From Candidatus Omnitrophota bacterium (lineage in GTDB: Bacteria > Omnitrophota > Gorgyraeia > Zapsychrales > JANLHA01), in NCBI GenBank assembly GCA_020849375.1, contig JADLGJ010000006.1, positions 1-49,991 on the forward strand: a DNA stretch of 49,991 nucleotides, read 5' to 3'. Both the position numbers and the translations under genes were made by a program. Below, in pieces: positions 8,743 through 22,096 of this stretch. Numbering within the stretch: position 1 is the first letter of the stretch; each line of letters begins with the position of its first letter. The notes below the pieces were generated by a model, which was not told the DNA's origin, ran no database searches, and worked only from the letters and a program-made list of their open reading frames with translations.

Positions 8743-9912
8743 ATGAATGACCAAGACATTTTTGAACGCATAACTCGCGGGACGGTCGAGGTCATTAGTA
8801 GCGCGGACTTGCGTACGAAATTGCAGGACAGTAAGAAAAGCGGCCGGCCGCTTAAGATCAAAGCCGGTTTTGACCCGACCGCTCCGGATATTCACCTGGG
8901 TCATTGTGTTCTTTTGCGAAAGTTGCGCCAGTTCCAAGACCTCGGACACGAGGTGTTCTTTCTTATCGGTGATTTTACCGCCCAGATCGGCGATCCTACG
9001 GGACGCGACCAGCTGCGTTCCAAGATGTCATTGGAAACGATCGCTGCCAATGCTAAAACGTATAAAGCCCAAGTCTTTAAGATCCTCGATGAAAAAAAGA
9101 CCAAGGTTGTTTTCAACAGTGCCTGGCTCGCTAAGCTTAGCGCTCAGGAAATGTTGGAATTAACGGCTTTTTCTACGGTTGCGCAAATGCTCGCCCGCGC
9201 AGATTTCAAAAAACGGTTTGAAACCGCCAAAGAGATCAGCCTTTTGGAGTTCATTTATCCGCTGATGCAAGGGTATGACTCGGTGCATTTGCAGGCGGAC
9301 GTAGAGTTGGGCGGGTCGGACCAGAAATTCAATCTTCTGATGGGCCGCCAGTTGCAGGAAGCCTTCGGCCAAAAGCCGCAGGTCGTCATGATGACCCCGC
9401 TGTTGGAGGGGTTGGACGGCGAAAAGAAGATGAGCAAATCTTTGGGTAATTACATCGGCATCAATGAATCGCCGGTTGAGATCTTCGGCAAGGTGATGTC
9501 GGTTAGCGATGACCTGATGATGCGGTATTACGAAATTTTAACAGAACGCGATCTTGTTGAAATTAAAAGGCTTCATCCTAAAGAAGCAAAGATGCAGTTG
9601 GGGGAAGAGATCGTAAGCCAGTTTTATTCGCAGGAAAAAGCGAAGTCCGCGCGCCAGGAATTTGAGAAAGTTTTTAGCCGTGGAGATGTCCCGGAAGATA
9701 TTGCAGAATACAAAGTTCTGGGGCCCAATGAAAAAATTATCGATATTTTAGTGAAGAATAAACTCGTGGCTTCGAAGAGCGAAGGTCGCCGTTTGTTGGA
9801 GCAGGGCGGGGTTACCATCGAAGGGGAGAAGATCACCGACGAGGAATGGGCCGTAAAGCCCGGTGTTGTAAAGGTTGGAAAGCGGCGTTTTTTAAGGATT
9901 AGTTTCAAGTAA
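8743..9912 (+). CDS. tyrS: Tyrosine--tRNA ligase
   Basis: 389 aa. Class I motifs HLGH and KMSKS, a GSDQ.FN block and a C-terminal S4-like domain ([14 protein letters not shown]) are present. Confidence 0.93.
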   Translation: MNDQDIFERITRGTVEVISSADLRTKLQDSKKSGRPLKIKAGFDPTAPDIHLGHCVLLRKLRQFQDLGHEVFFLIGDFTAQIGDPTGRDQLRSKMSLETIAANAKTYKAQVFKILDEKKTKVVFNSAWLAKLSAQEMLELTAFSTVAQMLARADFKKRFETAKEISLLEFIYPLMQGYDSVHLQADVELGGSDQKFNLLMGRQLQEAFGQKPQVVMMTPLLEGLDGEKKMSKSLGNYIGINESPVEIFGKVMSVSDDLMMRYYEILTERDLVEIKRLHPKEAKMQLGEEIVSQFYSQEKAKSARQEFEKVFSRGDVPEDIAEYKVLGPNEKIIDILVKNKLVASKSEGRRLLEQGGVTIEGEKITDEEWAVKPGVVKVGKRRFLRISFK

Positions 9913-9940
9913 TATTCACCTAATAAGAAGAGAAATTTTC

Positions 9941-9968
9941 TTGACAAAAAATATTAGCGAAGTATACT
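9941..9968 (+). promoter_or_regulatory. Candidate sigma70-type promoter for tRNA-Thr and possibly the downstream gene string
   Basis: TTGACA (9941-9946), a 16-nt spacer, then TATACT (9963-9968), 16 nt upstream of the tRNA 5' end. Confidence 0.55.
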
Positions 9969-9983
9969 TGATATTCATTTGTC

Positions 9984-10056
<73 letters not shown>

Positions 10057-10102
10057 TGTATTTTGTCACCCGGTAGACAAGAATCGAAAGTTAGATCACA
10101 TT

Positions 10103-10255
10103 ATGCGCGAAAATATACAGTTTGAATGCACGGAGTGCCGCAGGCCAAATTATTCAAGCACGAAGGATAAGAAGCAGAATCCAGATCGTATTGAACTTAA
10201 AAAATACTGCCGGTTTTGCCGCAAGCATGTTTTACATCGGGAGTTAAAGAAGTAA
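10103..10255 (+). CDS. rpmG: 50S ribosomal protein L33 (zinc-ribbon form)
   Basis: Not in the ORF track (50 aa). Read from DNA: [50 protein letters not shown]. It has two CxxC pairs and the canonical position before tRNA-Trp/secE/nusG. Confidence 0.9.
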   Translation: MRENIQFECTECRRPNYSSTKDKKQNPDRIELKKYCRFCRKHVLHRELKK

Positions 10256-10298
10256 CCCCCTAAAATGATTTTTATTAACACGCTGACCTGGTGATTAT

Positions 10299-10372
10299 AG
10301 GCCTGTAGCTCCAATTGGTAGAGCAGCGGCCTCCAAAGCCGAGTGTTGTGGGTTCAAATCCTACCAGGCCTG
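10299..10372 (+). tRNA. tRNA-Trp (anticodon CCA)
   Basis: Hand-folded cloverleaf. Acceptor AGGCCTG/CAGGCCT, D stem GCTC/GAGC, anticodon loop CTCCAAA, T stem GTGGG/CCTAC with loop TTCAAAT. There is one G-A mismatch at the top of the anticodon stem. No encoded CCA. Confidence 0.88.
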
Positions 10373-10392
10373 CATATATATAAAGAGAAAAT

Positions 10393-10578
10393 ATGTTCGC
10401 GAAAGTTAATAAGTTTTTTTCGGAAGTTAGTGTTGAGTTAAAAAAGGTTTCCTGGTCGACCCGCAGCGAGCTTATTGAGTCGACGCAGGTTGTTTTGATC
10501 AGTACCGCATTCTTAGGCCTTTTTATTGCTGTGATCGACCTTGTTCTCTCAAAATTTATCGGAGTGATCATTAAATAA
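10393..10578 (+). CDS. secE: Preprotein translocase subunit SecE
   Basis: 61 aa. The ELKKVSW motif is followed by one TM helix. The position before nusG is canonical. Confidence 0.9.
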   Translation: MFAKVNKFFSEVSVELKKVSWSTRSELIESTQVVLISTAFLGLFIAVIDLVLSKFIGVIIK

Positions 10579-10579
10579 T

Positions 10580-11128
10580 ATGGAAACCCCAACTTCTACT
10601 GGCCACAAGTGGTACGTGATTCACACTCAGACAGGTGCTGAGGAAAAGGCCAAGGCTGGTTTAGAAGGCCGGATGGCGAAAACCGATCTTAAGAAATATG
10701 TCGAAGAGATCGTAGTCCCGACGGAGCAGGTTTCCGAGATCCGCGGCGGAAAGAAAAGAATTACGTCCCGTAAGTTTTTCCCCGGCTACATCATGGTCAA
10801 GATGGAAATGACCAAAGAAAGCTGGTATTTGGTCAAGACGACACCTGGGATCACCGGTTTTATCGGCCCTGGCCGCCGTCCAACACCGATCTCTGAAGAT
10901 GAAGTCAATTCGATCCTCCGCCGTACCGAAGATACCGAAACCAAGCCGAGCCCGAAAATCATTTTTGATATCGGTGAAGCGATCCGTATCTCGGAAGGGC
11001 CTTTCGCGAACTTTAACGGTTCGGTCATGGAAGTTTATCCTGAACGCGGGAAGCTTAAGGTCAGCGTTTCGATCTTTGGCCGCTCGACGTTAGTTGAGTT
11101 GGAATATTGGCAAGTTGAAAAAATATAA
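10580..11128 (+). CDS. nusG: Transcription termination/antitermination factor NusG
   Basis: 182 aa. It has a KWYVIHTQTGAEEKA NGN domain and a C-terminal KOW (GPFANFNGSVMEV). Confidence 0.95.
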   Translation: METPTSTGHKWYVIHTQTGAEEKAKAGLEGRMAKTDLKKYVEEIVVPTEQVSEIRGGKKRITSRKFFPGYIMVKMEMTKESWYLVKTTPGITGFIGPGRRPTPISEDEVNSILRRTEDTETKPSPKIIFDIGEAIRISEGPFANFNGSVMEVYPERGKLKVSVSIFGRSTLVELEYWQVEKI

Positions 11129-11157
11129 TTAGTTAATCTTTTACTCGGTGAAATAAA

Positions 11158-11583
11158 ATGGCAAAAGAAGTCGTAACACAGATCAAGTTATACGTTCCGG
11201 CCGGACAGGCTAATCCTGCTCCGCCCGTCGGCCCCGCTTTGGGTCAACACGGTGTCAACATTATGGGTTTCTGTAAAGCCTTTAATGAACAGACCAAGGG
11301 TAAGGAAGGTTTGATCCTCCCGGCCGTCATTACTGTCTACAAAGACAAAAGCTTCGACTTCATTATCAAAACCCCCCCGAGCGCAGTTCTCATCAAAAAA
11401 GCAGCTAATCTTGCAAAAGCATCCGGCCAAGCCGGTAAAGAAAAAATTGCCCAAATCTCCCGCGCCAAAATTGAAGAAATTGCCAAGGCGAAGATGGACG
11501 ATTTGAACACTATTGATTTCAAAAAAGCCCTTAAAACGATCGAAGGAACAGCCCGCAGCATGGGCATTGAGGTGGTTGGTTAA
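11158..11583 (+). CDS. rplK: 50S ribosomal protein L11
   Basis: 141 aa. [30 protein letters not shown] is canonical L11. Confidence 0.96.
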   Translation: MAKEVVTQIKLYVPAGQANPAPPVGPALGQHGVNIMGFCKAFNEQTKGKEGLILPAVITVYKDKSFDFIIKTPPSAVLIKKAANLAKASGQAGKEKIAQISRAKIEEIAKAKMDDLNTIDFKKALKTIEGTARSMGIEVVG

Positions 11584-11584
11584 A

Positions 11585-12277
11585 ATGGTACATATTAGCA
11601 AACGCAAAAAAGAATTCGGTAAAGTTTTTGAAGCTGAAAAGAAATACACTCTTGATGAAGCTTTGAGCCAAGTCGAAAAATTTCCTAAAGTGAAATTTGA
11701 CGAAACCGTCGAATTGCATTTCCGCTTGAACCTTGACGCCAAAGAAACGGAACAGCCGGTTCGCGGTACGGTGGTTCTTCCGCACGGGATCGGTAAAAAA
11801 GTCCGTGTCGCGGTTTTCTGTAAAGGTGAACTGGCCCAAAAAGCGCAGGATGCCGGCGCTGACCTCGTCGGGTCCAATGACTTGATCGAAAAAGTGGCCA
11901 AAGGTTTCCAGGATTTTGACTGTGTCGTTGCTACGCCTGATATGATGCGTGATCTTAGCAAATTGGGTAAAATTTTAGGCCCGCGCGGGTTGATGCCTTC
12001 CCCGAAAGCCGGGACCGTTACGCAAGACGTTGAAAAAGTCATTAAAGAACTTAAAGCCGGCCGTATTGAATTCAAGGCTGATAAACAAGCCGGGATCCAC
12101 GTCGGTATCGGAAAACGTTCTTTTGATAAGGCTAAGCTTTTAGACAATGCCCGTTCGCTTCTTGAAGCGATCCAGCATGCTAAGCCGAACGTCGTTAAAG
12201 GGAATTTGATCAGATCTATTTCAGTCTCCACAACAATGGGCCCGGGCTTGGACGTTGTTGAAATGGGTATCAATTAA
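11585..12277 (+). CDS. rplA: 50S ribosomal protein L1
   Basis: The track ORF starts at 11513 but overlaps rplK. The ATG at 11585 (MVHISKRKKEF...) sits 1 nt after the rplK stop and gives a normal 230-aa L1 (DETVELHFRLNLD, GPRGLMPSPKAGTVT). Confidence 0.92.
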   Translation: MVHISKRKKEFGKVFEAEKKYTLDEALSQVEKFPKVKFDETVELHFRLNLDAKETEQPVRGTVVLPHGIGKKVRVAVFCKGELAQKAQDAGADLVGSNDLIEKVAKGFQDFDCVVATPDMMRDLSKLGKILGPRGLMPSPKAGTVTQDVEKVIKELKAGRIEFKADKQAGIHVGIGKRSFDKAKLLDNARSLLEAIQHAKPNVVKGNLIRSISVSTTMGPGLDVVEMGIN

Positions 12278-12335
12278 TTAATCTCTAACCCTTGCCCCTA
12301 AGGGGCCTAATCGGCAGGGTCAGAGATTAATTTTT
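12278..12335 (+). terminator. Hairpin plus U-run after rplA (terminator/attenuator-like, part of the rplJ leader)
   Basis: TTAATCTCT.ACCCT.GCC (12278-12296) pairs with GGC.AGGGT.AGAGATTAA (12313-12330) with small mismatches. TTTTT follows at 12331-12335. Confidence 0.45.
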
Positions 12336-12371
12336 GAGTAAAGAAGCAAGAGAGTTAAAAGGACTCAAAAA
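12331..12371 (+). promoter_or_regulatory. Second hairpin of the rplJ leader, abutting the rplJ Shine-Dalgarno
   Basis: TTTTTGAGT (12331-12339) pairs with ACTCAAAAA (12363-12371). The AAGGA SD (12358-12362) lies at the 3' end of the loop, next to the closing stem. The rplJ ATG is at 12374. Confidence 0.4.
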
Positions 12372-12373
12372 TT

Positions 12374-12904
12374 ATGGAAAAAGTCGGAAAAGTATTACGT
12401 AACAGTTTAAATAAAAGCATCAAGGACGGCCTCCAAAATAATCAAGCCGTTTTCTTGTTAAGCTATACGGCTGTTTCTTCTGCCCAGATGGGGAACTTGA
12501 GAAAAGACCTTAGCAAGGTTGGCGCTAAAGTCCATGTTCCGCAAAACCGTATCGCCAAGATCGTCCTTAAAGAACTCAAGAACGATACGTTGGCTGATAA
12601 GATCAAAGGCCAAACTGCTTTTGTCTGGAGCAATTCTGACGCTGTTTCTGTTTCGAAAGCTCTCGTCAAGTTTACCGATCAATTCAAAAATGTCGTCATC
12701 AACGGCGGTATTTTAGATGGCGCTATTCTCGTCGGAACTGATGTTAAACGTTTATCTGATCTGCCGGCTAAAGAAGTCTTGCAGGCTCGCTTGCTACAAG
12801 TGATGCTGTCACCGATGACTCGCTTTGCTGGAATTTTAAATGCTAAGTCTCGGGACTTATTATCTATATTGAAACAATACGGTGAACAAAAGGGAGGAAA
12901 TTGA
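12374..12904 (+). CDS. rplJ: 50S ribosomal protein L10
   Basis: 176 aa. Length, position and family-like sequence (LRKDL....[13 protein letters not shown]) fit L10. Confidence 0.93.
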   Translation: MEKVGKVLRNSLNKSIKDGLQNNQAVFLLSYTAVSSAQMGNLRKDLSKVGAKVHVPQNRIAKIVLKELKNDTLADKIKGQTAFVWSNSDAVSVSKALVKFTDQFKNVVINGGILDGAILVGTDVKRLSDLPAKEVLQARLLQVMLSPMTRFAGILNAKSRDLLSILKQYGEQKGGN

Positions 12905-12905
12905 A

Positions 12906-13334
12906 ATGAGTGAAGCTACTGCTGAAAAAACGAGCGTTAAGCTCTCTGCGAAGCTCGAAGATGTTGCTAAGCAAATCGAAAGCTTAACCGCTTTGGAATT
13001 GTCAGACCTTGTCAAGGGTTTGGAAGATCGCTTAGGGATCCAAGCTGCTGCTCCGATGCCTGCCGGTATGATGATGGCGATGGGCGCTGGTGCTGGTGCT
13101 GCTGCCGCTCCTGCTGAAGAAAAAACCACATTTGATGTTGTTTTGTCTGAAGTCGGTGCTAACAAGATCGGCGTCATCAAAGAAGTCCGCGCTGCGACAA
13201 ACTTAGGTTTGAAAGAAGCGAAAGACTTAGTTGAAGCTGCTCCGAAGACTGTTAAAGAAGGCGCGACCAAAGAAGAAGCTGAAGATCTAAAGAAGAAGCT
13301 TGAAGCTGCTGGCGCAAAAGTCACGCTTAAGTAA
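12906..13334 (+). CDS. rplL: 50S ribosomal protein L7/L12
   Basis: The start is moved to the ATG at 12906, with a GGGAGGA SD at 12891-12897 and 1 nt after the rplJ stop. It has an Ala/Gly/Met hinge and a canonical C-terminal domain ([24 protein letters not shown]...[11 protein letters not shown]). Confidence 0.93.
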   Translation: MSEATAEKTSVKLSAKLEDVAKQIESLTALELSDLVKGLEDRLGIQAAAPMPAGMMMAMGAGAGAAAAPAEEKTTFDVVLSEVGANKIGVIKEVRAATNLGLKEAKDLVEAAPKTVKEGATKEEAEDLKKKLEAAGAKVTLK

Positions 13335-13490
13335 TTTTTTAGTTCCGAAGTTTTTTTGAAAGCATAGATCCAGGGCAGTTTAGGCATAAGTTGTAATCGG
13401 CACCACTATTTCACGAAAACGTGGGAAGTCTTAACACGCAAGATATGTGCCGCAAATCTTATCTAGAGTGCTAATACATTGTCATAAGAA

Positions 13491-13568
13491 TCAAAAAATT
13501 TCCTCTGGGTTAGAATGTTATTCGCCCAAGGCGGACAAGATTTTAACCCGAGGAAGTTTTTGATTTTT
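13491..13568 (+). terminator. Attenuator-like imperfect hairpin with U-run in the rplL-rpoB spacer
   Basis: TCAAAAA/TTCCTC/GGGTTA (13491-13512) pairs with TAACCC/GAGGAA/TTTTTGA (13543-13563), interrupted by small bulges. TTTTT follows at 13564-13568. Confidence 0.4.
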
Positions 13569-13656
13569 GTCTATTTATATCCCCAAAGCAAAATTTGGGG
13601 ATAAAGTCCACTAACGATACCCGCGCGCAGGGTTTAAAAAACGGAATCTATCTCAG

Positions 13657-16600
13657 ATGAGAAAACCAAAATTCAGAAGTTTCGCCAAGGCTAAGGACAA
13701 CTTTGAATTGCCGTCGCTTTTGGACATTCAAGTTAAGGCATATGAAGATTTTCTACAGCGTGATGCATCCGCTGATAAGCGTACTGATACCGGATTAGAG
13801 GAAGTCTTCCGTGAAGTTTTCCCATTAGAAAGCTATGATGGGCAGATCAAGCTCGAATACATCAGCTATTATTTAGGCAAGGAAAAGTATTCCAGTTTTG
13901 AATGCCAGCGCCGCAGTATGACATACTCGGCTCCGCTCAAAGTCAAGCTCCGCTTGATCACTCCCGTCGATATTAAAGAACAAGAAGTTTATTTTGGCGA
14001 TTTCCCGCTCATGACCGAAACCGGAACGTTCATCATCAATGGTGACGAACGTGTCGTTGTTTCTCAGATCCAGCGTCCGCCGGGGGTCTCGTTCGAAGAA
14101 GAAGTCCATCCGACGGGTAAAAGTATTTATTACGGCCGTATTATCCCGGCCCGTGGGGCTTGGTTCGAGATCAAGTATGACCTCAACGATGTCATGCTCG
14201 CTTATGTCGACCGCCGCCGCAATTTCCCGGCATCGCAAATTTTGCGTATCATGGGTTTAACGACCGCTGAAGATATGCAAAAATTGTTGGGCGATGATTT
14301 CGATAAGCTCAAGAACACGATCGAAAAAGATCACACCACCAACAAAGAAGAAGCCCTTTTGGACTTCTATCGCAAGATGCGCCCGACCGAACCGGCGACG
14401 ATCGAAGTTGCGGAAGCGTTGTTCTTCCGTTTATTCTTTGATCCGAAGCGTTATGATCTCAGCCGCGTCGGCCGTCACATCATCAATCGTAAGCTCAATA
14501 CGAATGTCCCGATGGACAATCGTGTTTTAGATATCCAGACCCTCGCGTCCGTCATCAAGTACTTGATCGGTTTGCGCGCAGGTGTCGGTGAAACCGATGA
14601 TATCGATCACTTGGGTAACCGCCGTATCAAAACCGTCGGTGAACTTGTTCAAAATCAAGTCCGTATCGGTTTGGCCCGTTTGGAACGCTCGATCAAAGAA
14701 CGTCTTGTTGTTATGAGTTCGTTCGAAAACTTGACCGCGCACCACTTAATCAATTCCCGTTTATTCTCGAACCAGATCCAGGACTTCTTTGCGCGCAGCC
14801 AGTTATCGCAATTTATGGACCAAGTCAACCCGTTGTCCGAGTTGACTCACAAGCGCCGTTTGTCCGCGCTCGGTCCGGGTGGTTTGTCCCGCGAACGCGC
14901 TGGTTTCGAAGTCCGCGACGTTCACCCGACGCACTATGGCCGTGTGTGTCCGATCGAAACACCGGAAGGCCCGAACATCGGTCTTATCTCGTCGTTGACG
15001 ACATGTGCCCGTGTTAACGATCTTGGGTTCATCGAAACACCTTACTACAAAGTTGATAATGGCCGCGTCACCCGCAAAGTCGAATTTTTGACGGCCGACG
15101 TCGACCAGGATAAATTCATCGCGCAAGCGAATGCGCAGGTTGCCGAAGACGGGACTTTGGAAGGCAAAGAAACAATTTGCCGTTACAAAGCCGACTTCCC
15201 CAAAGTCAGCCCGCAGCAGATCAATTACAAAGACGTTTCGCCGAAACAGCTTGTTTCTGTCGCGACCTGTTTAATTCCGTTCCTAGAACACGACGACGCG
15301 AACCGTGCTTTGATGGGTTCTAACATGCAGCGTCAAGCTGTTCCTCTCATGGTTACCGAAGTTCCTTTTGTCGGGACCGGGATGGAAGGCAAAGTCGCCC
15401 GTGACTCCGGCGTTGTGATGATCGCGAAAAAAGCCGGGACCGTTACCAAGGTCGATGCTCGTGAGATCACGGTCGGCGATACTGTTTATCCTTTGAAGAA
15501 TTTTATCCGTTCTAACGCCAACACCTGCGTTATGCAAAAACCGATCGTTTCTCTTGGTGATAAGGTCGAAGCAGGGCAAGTCATCGCCGACGGCGTCGGG
15601 ACGAAGGACGGACGTTTGGCCTTAGGGCGGAACGTGCTTGTCGCGTTCATGCCGTGGCGCGGTTACAACTTCGAAGACGCTATTCTCGTCAACCAGAAAT
15701 TGGTCCGGGAAGACGCGTTCACATCGATCCACGTCGAGAAATTCGAGGTTGAAGCCCGCGAAACTCGTTTAGGTAACGAAGAGATCACCCGTGATATCCC
15801 GAACGTCGGGGAAGAAGCGTTGAATGACCTGACCGAAGAAGGTATTGTCCGCGTTGGGGCTGAAGTTAAGGCGGGTGATATTCTCGTCGGTAAGTTAACG
15901 CCGAAAAGCGAAAAAGAACTTTCTCCTGAAGAAAGACTTTTGCGCGCGATTTTCGGTGAAAAAGCTGCTGATGTCCGTGATACTTCGTTGACGCTTCCGC
16001 CGGGCATCGAAGGGGTTGTTGTTAATACTGAAATATTTCAGCGTACGGAACGCGGCCGCAAAGCCAAAGCTGATAAAGATAAAGAAAAAGAAGCGATCTT
16101 AAAGATCAAAGAATACTACAAACAGGAAATTGATTTCATCGAAGTCGAGAAGAGCAAGAAAGTTGCCAAGCTTTTAGGTGTCAGCGAAAAGAAAGCTTCG
16201 ACAATGACCTTGAGTGATTATTCTGATGACTCCGATGTCAAAGAAGCTGTTGAATTTTATAATTCAAAGATCACCGAACTTATCGAGGAAGAAGAACAAG
16301 AAATTGACCGCGTCAAGCGCGGCGATGAACTTCCCGCCGGTGTTTTGAAGCGCGTTGTCGTTTACGTTGCCACGAAGCGTAAAGTTTCGGAAGGTGACAA
16401 GATGGCCGGCCGTCACGGTAATAAAGGTATCGTTTCCCGGATCGTTCCGGAAGAAGATATGCCTTACTTAGCCGACGGTCGTCCGGTTGACATTATCTTA
16501 AATCCGTTAGGCGTTCCTTCTCGTATGAACGTCGGGCAGTTGCTCGAAACCCACTTGGGTTGGGCCGCCGCGGCCTTAGGTTTCCATGCTGAAACACCGA

Positions 16601-17145
16601 TCTTTAACGGTGCCACCGAGCAGGAAATTTGGGACCTCTTAAAAGAAGCCGGCCTTCCCGATGGTGGGAAGACGGTCGTCTACGACGGTTTTACCGGTGA
16701 ACGCTTTGATCAACTGATCACGGTCGGTTATATTTACATGCTCAAATTGAATCATTTGGTCGACGAAAAGATCCACGCTCGCTCGATCGGGCCGTATTCT
16801 CTCGTTACTCAGCAGCCGTTAGGCGGTAAAGCGCATTTCGGTGGTCAGAGATTCGGGGAAATGGAAGTTTGGGCGCTCGAAGCTTATGGTGCGGCGTATA
16901 CCTTGCAAGAAATGATGACCGTCAAGTCAGACGACGTCCAGGGCCGTAGCCGTATCTACGAAGCGATCGTTAAGGGTGAACAAAAATTGTCGACGGGTGT
17001 ACCTGAATCATTTAACGTTCTCGTCAAAGAGTTGCAGGGCCTCTGCCTCGACATTAAGCTTGAAAAAGCTAATGGCGGGCCCGATGGAGAAAATCCTGAT
17101 GGCGATAAACCTGCGCAAGAACTGTTAAAGGAGAAGAGAAAATAA
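13657..17145 (+). CDS. rpoB: DNA-directed RNA polymerase subunit beta
   Basis: 1162 aa. Conserved blocks include [63 protein letters not shown] and [19 protein letters not shown]. Confidence 0.97.
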   Translation: MRKPKFRSFAKAKDNFELPSLLDIQVKAYEDFLQRDASADKRTDTGLEEVFREVFPLESYDGQIKLEYISYYLGKEKYSSFECQRRSMTYSAPLKVKLRLITPVDIKEQEVYFGDFPLMTETGTFIINGDERVVVSQIQRPPGVSFEEEVHPTGKSIYYGRIIPARGAWFEIKYDLNDVMLAYVDRRRNFPASQILRIMGLTTAEDMQKLLGDDFDKLKNTIEKDHTTNKEEALLDFYRKMRPTEPATIEVAEALFFRLFFDPKRYDLSRVGRHIINRKLNTNVPMDNRVLDIQTLASVIKYLIGLRAGVGETDDIDHLGNRRIKTVGELVQNQVRIGLARLERSIKERLVVMSSFENLTAHHLINSRLFSNQIQDFFARSQLSQFMDQVNPLSELTHKRRLSALGPGGLSRERAGFEVRDVHPTHYGRVCPIETPEGPNIGLISSLTTCARVNDLGFIETPYYKVDNGRVTRKVEFLTADVDQDKFIAQANAQVAEDGTLEGKETICRYKADFPKVSPQQINYKDVSPKQLVSVATCLIPFLEHDDANRALMGSNMQRQAVPLMVTEVPFVGTGMEGKVARDSGVVMIAKKAGTVTKVDAREITVGDTVYPLKNFIRSNANTCVMQKPIVSLGDKVEAGQVIADGVGTKDGRLALGRNVLVAFMPWRGYNFEDAILVNQKLVREDAFTSIHVEKFEVEARETRLGNEEITRDIPNVGEEALNDLTEEGIVRVGAEVKAGDILVGKLTPKSEKELSPEERLLRAIFGEKAADVRDTSLTLPPGIEGVVVNTEIFQRTERGRKAKADKDKEKEAILKIKEYYKQEIDFIEVEKSKKVAKLLGVSEKKASTMTLSDYSDDSDVKEAVEFYNSKITELIEEEEQEIDRVKRGDELPAGVLKRVVVYVATKRKVSEGDKMAGRHGNKGIVSRIVPEEDMPYLADGRPVDIILNPLGVPSRMNVGQLLETHLGWAAAALGFHAETPIFNGATEQEIWDLLKEAGLPDGGKTVVYDGFTGERFDQLITVGYIYMLKLNHLVDEKIHARSIGPYSLVTQQPLGGKAHFGGQRFGEMEVWALEAYGAAYTLQEMMTVKSDDVQGRSRIYEAIVKGEQKLSTGVPESFNVLVKELQGLCLDIKLEKANGGPDGENPDGDKPAQELLKEKRK

Positions 17146-18953
17146 TGGCTACTCCAAAAAAACAAATTATTGAAGAAGATCGTATCTCAATTAAGATCGC
17201 TTCCCCTGAAATTATCAAATCGTGGTCTAACGGTGCGATCAAAAAAGCGGAAACGCTTAATTACCGTACCTTGAAACCAGAGAAGGATGGTCTTTTTTGT
17301 GAACGCATTTTTGGGCCGGTTAAGGACTTCGAATGCAACTGCGGAAAATATAAGGGACAAAAATTCAACGGGATTACCTGCGATCGTTGCGGTGTTACTG
17401 TTGCACGCTCTAATGTGCGCCGTTCGCGCATGGGCCATATTGACCTCGCCGCGCCGGTCACTCACATCTGGTTTTATAAGGCGGTTCCTTCCCGTTTGTC
17501 CGCTATGCTCCAAGTCACTCTTCGTGACCTCGAGAAACTCATCTACTATGAAGAATATATCGTCGTTGATCCGGGTGAAACCACCTTGAAGAAACGCGAA
17601 TTTCTTTCTGAAGATAAATACCAAGAAGCCATCATTAAATTCGGCGGGGCTTTTAAGGCCAAGATCGGTGCAGAAGCTGTTAAAGAACTTTTGCGCGACC
17701 TCGACCTCGACGCTCTTTGCAAAAAAGTTCGTAAGGACTTGGATGCTTCCAATCCGCTCGGGACCAATGCTAAGAAATTTTCGAAGACCTTAAAGATCAT
17801 TGAAGATTTTAAGAAGTCTGGCAACCAAGCTGAATGGATGGTCTTGGATATTCTTCCGGTTATCCCGCCGGACCTTCGTCCGCTCGTCCCGCTGGAAGGC
17901 GGCCGTTTCGCGACGTCGGACCTTAACGACCTTTATCGCCGTGTCATCAACCGCAACAATCGTTTGCGTAAATTGATCGACTTGAAGGCGCCGGAAATTA
18001 TCATCCGTAACGAAAAGCGTATGTTGCAGGAAGCCGTCGACGCTTTGTTAGACAATGGCCGTCATGGACGTCCGGTTCTAGGTTCTGGAAACCGTCCGTT
18101 GAAGTCGTTGTCCGACATGCTCAAAGGGAAGCAAGGTCGTTTCCGTATGAACCTTTTGGGTAAGCGTGTTGACTACTCCGGCCGTTCCGTCATCGTTGTC
18201 GGTCCGAACTTGAAATTACATCAATGCGGTTTGCCGAAGAAGATGGCGCTCGAACTTTTCGAGCCGTTCATTATCCGCAAACTCCGTGAAAAAGGTTTCG
18301 TCCACACCATCAAGGGTGCGAAGCGCATGGTTGAACGTGCGAAGATCGAAGTCTGGGATATCCTCGACGAGGTTATTAAGGACCATCCGATCATGTTGAA
18401 CCGCGCGCCGACGCTTCACCGTCTGAGTATCCAGGCATTCCAGCCGATCTTGACGGAAGGCAAAGCCATCAACCTTCATCCGCTCGTCTGCTCCGCGTTT
18501 AACGCTGATTTCGACGGTGACCAGATGGCCGTTCACGTTCCGCTTTCGATGGAAGCTCAGATCGAATGCCGTTTGGAATTGTTGTCGGTCAATAACCTCT
18601 TCTCACCGGCTGACGGTCGTCCGATCGTTTCTCCGACGCAAGATATGGTTCTCGGGCTCTACTATTTGACCAAGGACCGTAATGCCGAAGGTGAAGATCG
18701 CAAGACGTTCTCTTCGTCGCAAGAAGTCATTGTGGCTTTCAACGATGGGGAATTAAAAGTCCATTCCGGGATCAAGTTGCGTATCACGGTTCCGGTCTGG
18801 GGTGAAGAAAAACCGTCATTGGTCATTTCACAAGAAGGAACCGTTCAGGGCGCGACACAAGGCTCTTCGAAGGTCACGCTTCCGAAAACATCCCGTATCA
18901 TCGAAACCACCGTCGGGCGCGTCTTGTTCAATCAAGTCTTGCCGGAAGGTTAG
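17145..18953 (+). CDS. rpoC: DNA-directed RNA polymerase subunit beta-prime, N-terminal segment (gamma/RpoC1-like); ends at an in-frame TAG
   Basis: 602 aa. The Zn finger CNCGKYKG....CDRCGV, the [17 protein letters not shown] block and the catalytic [12 protein letters not shown] are present. It ends ...[16 protein letters not shown] then TAG (18951-18953). The ATG overlaps the rpoB stop (TAATG). Confidence 0.92.
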   Translation: MATPKKQIIEEDRISIKIASPEIIKSWSNGAIKKAETLNYRTLKPEKDGLFCERIFGPVKDFECNCGKYKGQKFNGITCDRCGVTVARSNVRRSRMGHIDLAAPVTHIWFYKAVPSRLSAMLQVTLRDLEKLIYYEEYIVVDPGETTLKKREFLSEDKYQEAIIKFGGAFKAKIGAEAVKELLRDLDLDALCKKVRKDLDASNPLGTNAKKFSKTLKIIEDFKKSGNQAEWMVLDILPVIPPDLRPLVPLEGGRFATSDLNDLYRRVINRNNRLRKLIDLKAPEIIIRNEKRMLQEAVDALLDNGRHGRPVLGSGNRPLKSLSDMLKGKQGRFRMNLLGKRVDYSGRSVIVVGPNLKLHQCGLPKKMALELFEPFIIRKLREKGFVHTIKGAKRMVERAKIEVWDILDEVIKDHPIMLNRAPTLHRLSIQAFQPILTEGKAINLHPLVCSAFNADFDGDQMAVHVPLSMEAQIECRLELLSVNNLFSPADGRPIVSPTQDMVLGLYYLTKDRNAEGEDRKTFSSSQEVIVAFNDGELKVHSGIKLRITVPVWGEEKPSLVISQEGTVQGATQGSSKVTLPKTSRIIETTVGRVLFNQVLPEG

Positions 18954-18959
18954 GGTTTT

Positions 18960-21272
<2,313 letters not shown>

Positions 21273-21584
21273 GTCACCCGCTTTGACCTCATGCCCGCAA
21301 AGACGCGGCGTGTGTTTACAGGTCAAAACGATGACCCCTAAAAAACCGAACTCCGCACTTCGCAAGATCGCGCGTGTTCGCTTGTCAAACCGTATTGAAG
21401 TAACATCTTACATTCCGGGTGAAGGCCACAATTTACAGGAACACAGTATCGTTCTTGTCCGGGGCGGCCGCGTTAAAGATCTTCCGGGTGTTCGTTATCA
21501 TATTGTGCGTGGGACGCTTGACACCGCCGGTGTCGCAAAGCGTAAGAGATCACGTTCCAAGTACGGTGCTAAAAGGGAAAAATA

Positions 21585-22055
21585 ATGCGTAGACGTGCAG
21601 CTATCAAAAAACCAGATTTACCGGATCCAAAATATAACAGCCAGCTGGTTGCCAAGTTCATTAACGTGCTCATGGAATCAGGCAAGAAAACCGTTGCCGA
21701 AAAGATCGTTTACGGCGCTCTTGATACTTTGCAGGAACGTGTTCAGGAAGAACCTCCTATCAAAGTTTTTGGTAAAGCGATGGACAATATCCGTCCCCGC
21801 CTTGAATTGAAACCGCGCCGTGTCGGTGGTGCCACTTATCAGATCCCGATCGAAGTTTCAGTTGTCCGCGGGAATTCTTTAGCGATGCGTTGGGTTCGTG
21901 ACTTCGCCCGCAAAAAGAAGGGTAAACCGATGCAAGTTAAGTTGGCCGAAGAACTTTTGGCCGCATATAAAAACGAAGGCCCAGCCATTAAGAAGCGCGA
22001 CGAAACACACAAAATGGCTGATGCTAACAAGGCTTTTGCTCACTTAAAGTGGTAA
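21585..22055 (+). CDS. rpsG: 30S ribosomal protein S7
   Basis: 156 aa. PDPKYNS.LVAKFIN.LM..GKK..AEKIVY and the terminal HLKW-type tail are present. The TAATG overlaps the rpsL stop. Confidence 0.96.
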   Translation: MRRRAAIKKPDLPDPKYNSQLVAKFINVLMESGKKTVAEKIVYGALDTLQERVQEEPPIKVFGKAMDNIRPRLELKPRRVGGATYQIPIEVSVVRGNSLAMRWVRDFARKKKGKPMQVKLAEELLAAYKNEGPAIKKRDETHKMADANKAFAHLKW

Positions 22056-22096
22056 TTAAAGTAATAAAAATATAGAAAGACTACAGGTTTACTAAG

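Noticed and set aside
11513-11584. Upstream-extended starts offered by the ORF track for rplA (11513), rplL (12882), rpsC (28873), rplF (32455) and rpsQ (30287).
   Set aside because: - The extensions overlap the preceding gene and add non-conserved residues.
- Downstream ATG/GTG codons sit 1-12 nt after the previous stop, or (for rpsQ) within its last 11 nt.
- Those codons restore canonical N-termini, and rplL and rpsC also gain a visible SD.
11188-12273. A long minus-strand ORF (361 aa) opposite rplK/rplA. Similar antisense ORFs lie at 470-973, 807-1616, 3608-4333, 12860-13387, 19995-20747, 24673-25225, 47107-47646 and 48937-49347.
   Set aside because: - Each lies entirely antisense to a confidently identified, highly conserved + strand gene.
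- Their translations are low-complexity or Arg/Ser/Phe-rich, with no recognisable motifs.
- They are explained as stop-poor antisense frames of biased coding sequence.
18951-18953. Genome-wide reassignment of TAG to a sense codon as the explanation for the stop inside rpoC.
   Set aside because: proA, plsC, rplC, rpmC and rpsH all terminate with TAG exactly where their families normally end (for example S8 ...CYIW-TAG, and L3 followed 2 nt later by the rplD start). TAG therefore functions as a stop here.
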